A DNA stretch of 64,000 nt from Candidatus Latescibacterota bacterium (GTDB lineage: Bacteria; Latescibacterota; UBA2968). Below, one piece after another: positions 1 through 8,177 of the stretch (the stretch's first letter is position 1; every line of letters starts with the position of its first letter). The notes beneath the pieces are model-generated. The model did not search any database. It saw only the letters and a list, made by a program, of their open reading frames with translations, and had not been told where the DNA came from. A program made the translations under genes and the position numbers. The stretch covers positions 1-64,000 of the forward strand of contig OZ220741.1 of NCBI GenBank assembly GCA_965116885.1, in the 5' to 3' direction.

Positions 1-77
1 AGAATTTCTCTTGAAATGGGAACGAGACCACAGCCTTCGCTCAGCTTCTCGACAGTTTTGAGATCGGGTTGAACCAC
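1..77 (-). CDS. trpE: Probable anthranilate synthase component I, 5' end only (runs off window)
   Basis: Manual translation from GTG at 77 with upstream TAAGGA RBS gives MVQPDLKTVEKLSEGCGLVPISREI, resembling the TrpE N-terminus (P..L...NLIPVYREIL); lies directly downstream of a Trp-containing leader/attenuator. Only 25 codons visible. Confidence 0.65.
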   Translation of the reverse strand, partial: MVQPDLKTVEKLSEGCGLVPISREI

Positions 78-99
78 TGGAAAATCCTTAAAGTCAAAT

Positions 100-130
100 C
101 CGCAGATGGACGCAGATGGGCGCAGATGAA
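100..130 (+). repeat. Three tandem ~10-bp CGCAGATG units
   Basis: ccgcagatggacgcagatgggcgcagatgaa read directly; an inverted partial copy (tttcatctgcggat) lies at ~11204-11217. Confidence 0.7.
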
Positions 131-141
131 AAGTCAGAAAC

Positions 142-173
142 AAAAAAGGTCGTGAGCAGTTTGCCCACGACCT
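142..173 (-). terminator. Intrinsic terminator (attenuator) hairpin upstream of trpE-like gene
   Basis: Minus strand AGGTCGTGGGCA-AAC-TGCTCACGACCT: 12-bp stem with one G-U pair, followed by a T tract. Confidence 0.85.
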
Positions 174-199
174 CGTACTTTTATTCACTTACATCACAC

Positions 200-304
200 T
201 TAAAACGCAGGACAAACCACACTTTTGGACAGGCGGCGATAATAATAATATCGGCCGTCAAATCGACGCCAAAAATACCAGAAGTAGGTTGCAAAAACGT
301 TCAT
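200..304 (-). CDS. 34-aa aromatic-rich leader peptide MNVFATYFWYFWRRFDGRYYYYRRLSKSVVCPAF
   Basis: Manual translation, below the ORF-track cutoff; TAAGGAA RBS upstream; 2 Trp, 5 Phe and 6 Tyr codons; followed by terminator and trpE-like start. Confidence 0.8.
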   Translation of the reverse strand: MNVFATYFWYFWRRFDGRYYYYRRLSKSVVCPAF

Positions 305-345
305 CACATCAAATTCCTTAAACCAGATTTATATCAGACGCGCCA

Positions 346-375
346 AAGATAACAAATTCTAAAACAAATTGTCAA
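346..375 (-). promoter_or_regulatory. sigma70-type promoter of the leader peptide
   Basis: TTGACA (375-370), 18-nt spacer ending TGT, TATCTT (351-346). Confidence 0.6.
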
Positions 376-384
376 GAAGGAAGT

Positions 385-1155
385 TTATTCATGACCGTCA
401 ATCGTGCCCACCTCAATTTTCAACTCGTCGCGATCAATAATGCGATCTACGCGGCCATCGCGCACCCACACCACGCGGTCGGATACCGACAGCATCTTGT
501 GATCGTGCGTCGCTGAAATCACAGTCACGCCCGACTCCTCGTTCATCTGGCGCAACAACTCAATAATCTCCCGCCCCGTATTCAAATCGAGATTCCCAGT
601 CGGCTCGTCAGCCAAAATGATCGCTGGATCGTTGGCAAAAGCCCGCGCAACAGCCACGCGCTGCTGCTGCCCACCCGAAAGCTCAAAAGGCTTGTGCATC
701 ACGCGCTCGCCCAGGCCGACCTGTGTCAACAATTCTACACCCTTGTCGCGTGCCTCGTCGCTCGTCAGCCCGGCAAACACCATCGGCAAGGTCACATTCT
801 CAAGCGCTGTCATCACCGGAATCAGATTATAAGATTGAAAAATATAACCGATCTTTCGACAGCGCAACCACGCGAGTTCATAAGCGTCGAGTTGGGCGAC
901 ATCTACATCGTCGATATAAACCTTGCCCTCGGTCGGCTTGTCCAATCCCCCCACCATATTGAACAGAGTACTCTTCCCCGAACCAGAAGGTCCCATAATG
1001 GACAGGTACTCGCCCTGTGTCACTTCCAGATCCACACCTTTGAGTGCGTGAATCTGCTCTTCGCCCATTACGTACACCTTCTTCACATCTTGCGTGCGTA
1101 CAACTGTCGCTTCTTCGGCCTCTGCATTTGTTTCTGTTTTTTCTTCGGCAGCCAT
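385..1155 (-). CDS. ABC transporter ATP-binding protein (LolD/MacB family)
   Basis: Walker A GPSGSGKS, LSGGQQQR signature, ILADEPTGNLD; start MAAEE has a GAGGTG RBS. Confidence 0.92.
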   Translation of the reverse strand: MAAEEKTETNAEAEEATVVRTQDVKKVYVMGEEQIHALKGVDLEVTQGEYLSIMGPSGSGKSTLFNMVGGLDKPTEGKVYIDDVDVAQLDAYELAWLRCRKIGYIFQSYNLIPVMTALENVTLPMVFAGLTSDEARDKGVELLTQVGLGERVMHKPFELSGGQQQRVAVARAFANDPAIILADEPTGNLDLNTGREIIELLRQMNEESGVTVISATHDHKMLSVSDRVVWVRDGRVDRIIDRDELKIEVGTIDGHE

Positions 1156-1175
1156 AAAACACCTCACAGTCAGAT

Positions 1176-1847
1176 TTACACTTCCAACGACATCGCATCA
1201 ACCGGCTCCATCTTGGCAGCGCGATAGGCCGGCAAAATGCCACCAATCAGCGACAAAAAAGAACCAATGACAATAGCTTTAACACCATCTTGAAGAATTT
1301 GAACCATGGGAAGATGATCGAAAATCACCGTACCAAAACTCGACATATTGAGCAATGCAGTCAGCAAAAACCCAACGACCACGCCAATAACCGTGCCCGC
1401 TGCCCCCATAAACGTCGATTCGAGAATAAATAGCTTAATAATAAATCCGTCCAATGCGCCCATACACTTCATGGTGCCAATCTCTCGGAACCGCTCGGTA
1501 ACAGACATAAGCATGGCATTGGCAATACCCACCAAACACACGAGCAGCGACAACACCACCAGCCATGCATCCTTCGACCGTTGCTGGATCGCAGCGGCAC
1601 TATCGGGATCAATTTCAACGCCCTTTTGCTGCAAAATCAGGTTAATCTTGGGATCGCTGGCAGCCATCAAACCGTCAATAATGGCATTGCCCGCCCAAAT
1701 CGACATTAAAAAAGCGATGGCAAGCACAATGCCACTCACCGTAATCAAAGACCGACCGAATCGGATCTTAACGCTATTAAAACTGATCTCAACCGCTTTG
1801 GAAAGCGGAAGAGATATCTGGGTGTTGAGTTCGTGCCGCTCTGCCAT
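1176..1847 (-). CDS. Small FtsX/MacB-type ABC permease
   Basis: Four hydrophobic segments, IANAMLMSVTERFREIGTMK motif, C-terminal PAYRAAKMEPVDAM; almost no periplasmic domain. Confidence 0.88.
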   Translation of the reverse strand: MAERHELNTQISLPLSKAVEISFNSVKIRFGRSLITVSGIVLAIAFLMSIWAGNAIIDGLMAASDPKINLILQQKGVEIDPDSAAAIQQRSKDAWLVVLSLLVCLVGIANAMLMSVTERFREIGTMKCMGALDGFIIKLFILESTFMGAAGTVIGVVVGFLLTALLNMSSFGTVIFDHLPMVQILQDGVKAIVIGSFLSLIGGILPAYRAAKMEPVDAMSLEV

Positions 1848-1930
1848 AAACGCCTCCAGTTACAAAAATTGCGCAAATCAATGCTCAACATAAAAGCCTA
1901 TTGCCCCTCTGTCAAGCCAAAATACCAGAC

Positions 1931-2650
1931 TTATTTATTTTCGACGTTGGTCTTTTTTCGCAAAAAATAGAATGCCACCAATTGCTTGAGAAACAAATAG
2001 TACTCAGTCCAGTTCAACTTGCTGCTGCTGTATTGCCGGTTGCGAAACACAAAGGGGACCTCTATAAAAGACTTATAATGCCCCTTGACCAGAATCTCCA
2101 GTAAAATTTTATACCCCGGCGAAGTCAATGCCATGTCTTTAATAACGCGCCGATGCAAGAAAAAATAGCCCGCCAGCGGGTCTTGCACACCGGTTAATTG
2201 CCGCGCGAGAAATACCCCTAATTGAGAAATAAACCTGCGGTACCATGCCCATTTTTCAACGTGACTATCCGCATCAAATCGGCTGCCAATCGCCAGATCG
2301 TGATCTCGCAACCCGTAAATGAGCTGAGGCAAAACAATGGGATCGTGACTCAAATCGGCATCCATCACCCCCAACAGATCCCGCTCTGCCCGCTCAAAAC
2401 CGGCCATCACAGCACTGCCCAATCCCAATTTTCCGGCGCGGTGAACCACCTGCACTGGGTAGCGCTCCACGAGTGATTCGGCCACCTCTCCCGTGCCATC
2501 AGGCGAATTGTCATCAACCACAATCAATTCGAGATCGATGTCGGAATAGTCTTTCAAAACGTCGAATATTTCTTCGACCAATAAGGAAATATTCTCGCGC
2601 TCGTTATAGGTGGGCGTAATCAGAGAAATGCGGAGTGTATTATCGGGCAT
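1931..2650 (-). CDS. GT2 polyprenol monophosphomannose synthase (DPM1-like)
   Basis: ITPTYNERENI, VDDNSPDGT, GKLGLGSA, MDADLSH motifs. Confidence 0.88.
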   Translation of the reverse strand: MPDNTLRISLITPTYNERENISLLVEEIFDVLKDYSDIDLELIVVDDNSPDGTGEVAESLVERYPVQVVHRAGKLGLGSAVMAGFERAERDLLGVMDADLSHDPIVLPQLIYGLRDHDLAIGSRFDADSHVEKWAWYRRFISQLGVFLARQLTGVQDPLAGYFFLHRRVIKDMALTSPGYKILLEILVKGHYKSFIEVPFVFRNRQYSSSKLNWTEYYLFLKQLVAFYFLRKKTNVENK

Positions 2651-3539
2651 AGGTATTGGCGATCTTTTGGGAAACACCCTTTAATTGCCTCAAGTTATGT
2701 TCAAAAGAGGCAGGCACAATATCACATAATGTTCTGGCAAGTGCGGTTGTCAACCCGGCTCGCAGCGGACGCTGTGCGGCCCGCCCAAATTCTGCAGACG
2801 TTACGGCAGACACCAGCGAAAGGTCAAGCCCCATCACCGCACAAATCCGCTCGACCATTTCAAAGCGCGTCAAAAAATCCGCCCCACCAAAATGCACCAC
2901 ACCGCGAAAGTCCGTGCGGCACAATTTTAATATAAATGCGGCGAGTTCATCGACAAAAGTCGGATTTGTCCACTCGTCTGTCACCACGCGAATTGCCTCG
3001 CGTCCCGCCAGCGATGAAATGGCCCAGGTTACAAAATTGGGCCGACAAGACGGGCGAAAACCGTACAACACCGCCGTTCGCACTACAATGCCGGGACAAA
3101 GTGCATTCAACAGAACAACTTCGCTTTCTAACTTGGTCTGTCCATACACATTCACCGGATGTGCTTCATCAGCCTCAGCAAAAGGCCCTTTCTTTCCATC
3201 AAACACATAATTAGTCGATAAGTTCACCAGACCACATCCAACCCGTTCACACGCTTGAACCAAATTGCGCGTTCCATCAACGTGTATCGCACGCGCAAGC
3301 GCGGGATTTCGCTCACATCCATCAACGCTTGTCATAGCTGCTGAATTGATCACCCACTGAGGGCGCACCTGCGCTACCACCTCGTGCACCAAATTGGGCC
3401 GTGTTAAATCTACGACGAGATGACCCCTTGAGCCACTACGCGACGCAGGTACTCGCTCCCAGTCACCACCGGATACATCGCAAAGCGCGTGGCCTAAAAA
3501 GCCCGATGCACCGACAATGAGCAACCGATTATTGGCCAT
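2640..3539 (-). CDS. dTDP-4-dehydrorhamnose reductase-family SDR (RfbD-like)
   Basis: GASGFLG, SAAMTSVDGCE, STNYVFDG, YGQTK; ATG overlaps the upstream stop (TAATG). Confidence 0.82.
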   Translation of the reverse strand: MANNRLLIVGASGFLGHALCDVSGGDWERVPASRSGSRGHLVVDLTRPNLVHEVVAQVRPQWVINSAAMTSVDGCERNPALARAIHVDGTRNLVQACERVGCGLVNLSTNYVFDGKKGPFAEADEAHPVNVYGQTKLESEVVLLNALCPGIVVRTAVLYGFRPSCRPNFVTWAISSLAGREAIRVVTDEWTNPTFVDELAAFILKLCRTDFRGVVHFGGADFLTRFEMVERICAVMGLDLSLVSAVTSAEFGRAAQRPLRAGLTTALARTLCDIVPASFEHNLRQLKGVSQKIANTYAR

Positions 3540-4999
3540 TAGTTTTCGCTTTCTCGAACAAATAATGCCAATGCGCGATTCAGCGCGCCAGCATATCCGA
3601 TACGATCTATATTGGGTCCAATCAGAACTGTCAAAATTGTCTCTGCTCGATCTTGATAGCGCGGCATTTTCGTATGCACAAAAAGCCGCATTAAAACCTG
3701 CGCCGCCACACCATTTCCCGAAGGCAACCACCGATCAATAGCGGGTGAATTCGAGACCTCTGCCTCTGGCGTTCGGTCTTTCAAAGCACCCGAAGAATCG
3801 GCAAAAGCTATCATAACCCGATCTGCATGCGCGCGCGCAAATAACAACTCTGCCTCGCGTTCTTGCACCTCAAACAAATCGAGAGCAGCGCGAATGATTA
3901 AAACCTGATCCAACAAAAAATAAGGCGCACTCAGAGATCGCGCGTGGGCAAACAGGCTATCTTCCTGTACAAAACGCGTCTTAACCGCTTCAAAAATTCC
4001 CCGCGCAGCATCTAAAAAACGCGCCTCTCGAGTTTCGAGAAACGCCGCACATAAACCCGAAACTGCCAGTGCATTCCAGCCCGAATAAATCTCTGCATCC
4101 CGCAATATATTTCCCGCCTGATCTCGGAAACCCGTCAGCCCGGCCCCCAACAAAACACCGTCGGATAAGGCAAACTGTTCGAGCATTGCATCAGCCAGAT
4201 CGCGGGACAAATTTACCTGTGCAAATGCCCGCAATAATTGAGCATTGACCGCCATGTGTTTTTCTGCATCAATCACAGGCCCGCGATGTGTTAATACCCT
4301 CAACACATAAACGCCATCTGTATCGCGCCGTGCGCTGTGTACAAAATTGATCAAAGGCGAATCAATACCCGCTTCTGCAAGTGCGAGAAGACCTTCGGGA
4401 CCTGGATCAAAACCGCTTTTTACCACCGATTTCAAACTATCGCGCACCCGGTGCAAAAGCGCTGCGCTGGGATTGATACGAGGGCGCGGATTTTTCTTTT
4501 TATCGCGTTCTGCTCGCCGCATCAATTCTGCCCGCTGCACCTCGAGCCTGACGAGCCTATCGGGATTGTCGTACAAAATTTGCACCCACCGCAACAGATC
4601 CGTCATATCCCCAGGGTCGAGATAGGTGCTGCCTGTAATCCACTGTCCATCGGGTGTCAAAAAAACGAGAGATGGGACCCCGCCCAGACCAAAACGCTCA
4701 AACAAATCGGGCCGTTGATCGGCATCAACCCATACCGGCAAAGTGTAACGAGCAATCGCCCGCGCAATTTCTGAATCTTCAAAACACCGCACTACCAGAT
4801 CGCGGCACCAAACCGACCGCTGCGTGTACAAAAACAACAGAATGGAGCGCCCGAGTATTCGGGCGGAATCTCTTTGGCTCCATGTCCGCCAGCTTATTCT
4901 TCCGCCATCCAACGCCGTTACATCTAATTTTGTCGCCTCATCTCCCCCACCACATGCCAAAACCCCAAACACGAGTGCGATCCAAATATTTTGCCGCAT
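3539..4999 (-). CDS. DUF255/YyaL-like thioredoxin plus alpha/alpha-barrel protein, probable lipoprotein
   Basis: Lipobox VLAC, VDADQRPDL, GGVPSLVFLTPDG, SGWNAL, PSGNGVAA; CxxC appears as SVWC. Confidence 0.72.
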   Translation of the reverse strand: MRQNIWIALVFGVLACGGGDEATKLDVTALDGGRISWRTWSQRDSARILGRSILLFLYTQRSVWCRDLVVRCFEDSEIARAIARYTLPVWVDADQRPDLFERFGLGGVPSLVFLTPDGQWITGSTYLDPGDMTDLLRWVQILYDNPDRLVRLEVQRAELMRRAERDKKKNPRPRINPSAALLHRVRDSLKSVVKSGFDPGPEGLLALAEAGIDSPLINFVHSARRDTDGVYVLRVLTHRGPVIDAEKHMAVNAQLLRAFAQVNLSRDLADAMLEQFALSDGVLLGAGLTGFRDQAGNILRDAEIYSGWNALAVSGLCAAFLETREARFLDAARGIFEAVKTRFVQEDSLFAHARSLSAPYFLLDQVLIIRAALDLFEVQEREAELLFARAHADRVMIAFADSSGALKDRTPEAEVSNSPAIDRWLPSGNGVAAQVLMRLFVHTKMPRYQDRAETILTVLIGPNIDRIGYAGALNRALALFVRESEN

Positions 5000-5150
5000 A
5001 ACGACCCACATGTGACCAATATATATTATATAATTTTTAAAAAAAATACGGAACTCGCTGCATGGGGAAACGTCTAAACCGAACAAAAAAGGCTTGACAC
5101 ATGGGAAGGATTTGCTGAAGTTTTAAAATACTTTAGATATAAGGAAAAAA

Positions 5151-5414
5151 CTATTGCGCCGCGAATTTTTCTATTGGGATGGCCTCGTCGATCAACATAA
5201 TGGGAATCGCGTCCTGAATGGGATATAAAAAGATGTGATCTTCCCGCACCAGGCCCCCATCAATTGGCTGCTCAATTTTTTGCCCGCCTCGGTTTTTAAC
5301 CTCGCCTTTTGCAATCGCACTGTTAATGGCGTCAATCAGCGGTTGATCGGCCAATTTTACGGGCATTTTGTTCTCTGGACAGGCCAAAATATCGAGTAAG
5401 TCTCGGTCAATCAC
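5151..5414 (-). CDS. Trm112-like family protein
   Basis: LLDILACP ... YPIQDAIPIMLIDEA. Confidence 0.85.
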   Translation of the reverse strand: MIDRDLLDILACPENKMPVKLADQPLIDAINSAIAKGEVKNRGGQKIEQPIDGGLVREDHIFLYPIQDAIPIMLIDEAIPIEKFAAQ

Positions 5415-5619
5415 GGTTCTTCCCTTTCATCAATCAAAAATTCGTGATCTGAAAATAGGCAACACGCGAGCCTCAAACAAGCGGTTTTTTGATCTTATCT
5501 CACCATTAATCAGGAAATTTGTCTATCGCATCACCGCTAAAGCGCTGTTTTTTGCATCAGTAAAATCTTGTTCGATATTCGAGATGTGCTTGCTTTAGCG
5601 CGCGATGTTAGAATGCCCC

Positions 5620-5663
5620 CCCGGTTGGTGGCGCGTTCACACGCGCTCACGGCCGGGTTTTTT
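5620..5663 (+). terminator. GC-rich hairpin plus T tract in the porV leader
   Basis: CCCGGTTGGTGGCGCGT-TCAC-ACGCGCTCACGGCCGGG followed by TTTTTT. Confidence 0.5.
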
Positions 5664-5708
5664 CATGTTTTGCAAGCTTCCCGGCCAATTCCATAAAGGA
5701 GAACCCCA

Positions 5709-6773
5709 ATGAAATACCGTCTTCTCACCCTATTTGCGCTTGGCATTGGCCTGCTCAGCACGCCAGCTTATGCAACGCCCGAAAGCCATGCCGCAGCCAA
5801 TTTTTTGTTGTTCGCGCCATCGGCCCGTGCAGCGGGCATGGGCAATGCTTATGTCGCTATTGCCGATGACGCAAATGCCACGTACTACAACCCCGCCGCA
5901 CTGGCTTCATTACAAATTCACAGTCTCAGCACCACTCTGTACAAACCCGTTCCCCGACTGGCCGGCGACATCTTTTCGTCATTCGGCGCTTATACACACC
6001 CCTTTAGTGGCATTGGCAATCTGGGATATAGCCTCATTTATAGTTCTTTGGGCGAACAACAACGCACCGATGAAGAGGGAAATCTTTTAGGTACATTTAA
6101 AAGCTACGGCATGGCCCTGGGTGTATCTTATGGCACGCACCTCTTCAAAAATCTGGCACTGGGTATCACGGTTAAGTTCATCCATGAAAACCTCTCCGAC
6201 GTAGGCGCGGGTATTGAGCAAGGCAAAGGTACAGCGACTTCTTTTGCCGGAGACATAGGTTTCATGTGGGCTGCCACAGATCGGCTTAGCCTCGGCAGCG
6301 TATTGCGCAATGTTGGCCCAAACATGACTTTTATCGATGCCGACCAGGCAGATCCATTGCCGCAAAATTTTGTTTTTGGCATCGCATACAAAGTGATCAA
6401 AAACAACTCGTCTTCCCTGATGCTCACCGCAGATATTTACAAACCCCTCGCCTCTGATAATTTCTTCTCCTTTATTTCGGGCTGGAACGACGACCCCTTT
6501 GGCTGGAAGCCCAATCCGGGTGGCAACGGTTTTACGGAATTTGACGATATGGATTACCGCGTAGGTGCCGAATGGATGTACCAGCTTTCTGAAGATTCGG
6601 CTTTTGCCCTGCGCAGTGGCTATTCCTATGACAAGGATGGCAAACGCAACTTTCCCACCTTTGGGCTGGGTTTAAAATACAACTGGGCAAATTTCGATAT
6701 CTCGTATTTTGTGCCGACAGAAGACACGCCTGCCAGCAATACATTCCGCTTCACGGGTGGATTTATATTTTAA
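5709..6773 (+). CDS. PorV/PorQ-family outer-membrane beta-barrel (T9SS-associated)
   Basis: Signal peptide, FLLFAPSARAAGMGNAYVAIADDANATYYNPA, DQADPLP, C-terminal Phe; AAAGGAG RBS. Confidence 0.85.
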   Translation: MKYRLLTLFALGIGLLSTPAYATPESHAAANFLLFAPSARAAGMGNAYVAIADDANATYYNPAALASLQIHSLSTTLYKPVPRLAGDIFSSFGAYTHPFSGIGNLGYSLIYSSLGEQQRTDEEGNLLGTFKSYGMALGVSYGTHLFKNLALGITVKFIHENLSDVGAGIEQGKGTATSFAGDIGFMWAATDRLSLGSVLRNVGPNMTFIDADQADPLPQNFVFGIAYKVIKNNSSSLMLTADIYKPLASDNFFSFISGWNDDPFGWKPNPGGNGFTEFDDMDYRVGAEWMYQLSEDSAFALRSGYSYDKDGKRNFPTFGLGLKYNWANFDISYFVPTEDTPASNTFRFTGGFIF

Positions 6774-6830
6774 TCCTCGCAGGTTCAGTAAACTGACTCT
6801 CCTTGCGACGAAGACATCAGTTAAAATACA

Positions 6831-8168
6831 ATGCTAAATCCCTTGAGATATAATGCTAAACCGCGCCTTCTCGCGCTCGGTACCGCCAGTTTGCTGAACC
6901 TCACGCTCTTAATTTCGCCTCTTTTCTCCCAAAATAGTAGTCCCCCTCCTTCGGACTTTAATGGCAATGGTACTGTCGATTTTCCCGACTTCTTGCTATT
7001 TGTCACCGCGTTTGGATCTCAAGCTGGTCAAGAGCGGTACGATGCGAAATACGATCTGGATGGCAATGGCGAGATTGCATTTGAAGATTTTCTGTTATTT
7101 GTCGATAGCTTTGCGGCATCATCACAGCCATCCAGCGATCCACGTCTGACGCGAATTGAACTACCTGAAGGATTCCACATTCGCATATACGCCGAAGGGA
7201 TAACGGGCGCTCGCTCGATGAGTCTCAGCCCGAGCGGAACCCTATTCGTCGGCACCCGCCCCAGCGGTCGCGTGTACGCACTGCGCGACGAAGACGGTGA
7301 CCAAAAAGCAGAGCGGGTCATCATCCTCGCCCGCGACCTGAATAATCCCAACGGCGTCGCCTTCAAGAACGGCGACCTGTACGTAGCCGAAATCAACCGC
7401 ATCCTGCGCTATCGCAATATCGAAGCACAACTCGGCAATCCACCGCAGCCGGAAATCGTCAACGACGCTTTCCCCACAGATCGCCATCACGGCTGGAAGT
7501 TCATCCGTTTTGGACCCGACGGTTTGTTGTACGTACCCGTCGGCGCACCGTGCAACATCTGCAATCGCGGCGATCCTTACGCCTCAATCGGAAGATTGGA
7601 CACCAATGGCACCTTCAGCATCATAGCGCGGGGCATTCGCAACACCGTCGGCTTCGATTGGCACCCGGAAACGGGTGAACTGTGGTTCACGGACAATGGA
7701 AGAGACAGAATGGGCGACGATGTGCCGCCGGACGAACTGAACAGAATAACCGCCAATGGACAGCACTTCGGCTATCCCTACTGCCACGGCACCAACACCG
7801 CCGATCCCGTATTCGGCGATCAGCGTAGCTGCGGCGAGTTCGTCGCACCGGTCCAGAATCTCGGCCCGCACGTAGCGGCTCTTGGAATGCGCTTCTACAC
7901 CGGCGACATGTTTCCAGAGGAATACCGCAATCAAATCTTCATCGCCGAACACGGATCCTGGAATCGCAGCAGCAAGATCGGCTACCGCGTCACCCTGGTG
8001 CGTCTAAATGGCAACAGGGCGGTCAGCTACGAACCATTCGCAAAAGGCTGGCTGCAGGGCGAATCGAACTGGGGAAGACCCGTCGATGTGCTCGTCATGC
8101 CCGACGGTTCCCTACTGGTATCGGACGACCAGGCCGGTCTAATCTACCGCATCAGCTATTCTCACTGA
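6831..8168 (+). CDS. PQQ-dependent glucose/sorbosone dehydrogenase family protein with N-terminal dockerin-like EF-hand pair
   Basis: HHGWKFIRFGPDG, GAPCNIC, GIRNTVGFDWHP, HGSWNRS, GRPVDV; DFNGNGTVDFPDF / DLDGNGEIAFEDF repeats after the signal peptide. Confidence 0.88.
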   Translation: MLNPLRYNAKPRLLALGTASLLNLTLLISPLFSQNSSPPPSDFNGNGTVDFPDFLLFVTAFGSQAGQERYDAKYDLDGNGEIAFEDFLLFVDSFAASSQPSSDPRLTRIELPEGFHIRIYAEGITGARSMSLSPSGTLFVGTRPSGRVYALRDEDGDQKAERVIILARDLNNPNGVAFKNGDLYVAEINRILRYRNIEAQLGNPPQPEIVNDAFPTDRHHGWKFIRFGPDGLLYVPVGAPCNICNRGDPYASIGRLDTNGTFSIIARGIRNTVGFDWHPETGELWFTDNGRDRMGDDVPPDELNRITANGQHFGYPYCHGTNTADPVFGDQRSCGEFVAPVQNLGPHVAALGMRFYTGDMFPEEYRNQIFIAEHGSWNRSSKIGYRVTLVRLNGNRAVSYEPFAKGWLQGESNWGRPVDVLVMPDGSLLVSDDQAGLIYRISYSH

Positions 8169-8177
8169 TCTCGCATT

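Noticed and set aside
200..304. RiPP precursor or exported peptide for the upstream ABC transporter
   Set aside because: Own promoter, terminator/antiterminator pairing and a downstream TrpE-like start favour an attenuator leader.
116..352. 78-aa plus-strand ORF
   Set aside because: Antisense to the leader peptide, terminator and promoter; no recognisable motif.
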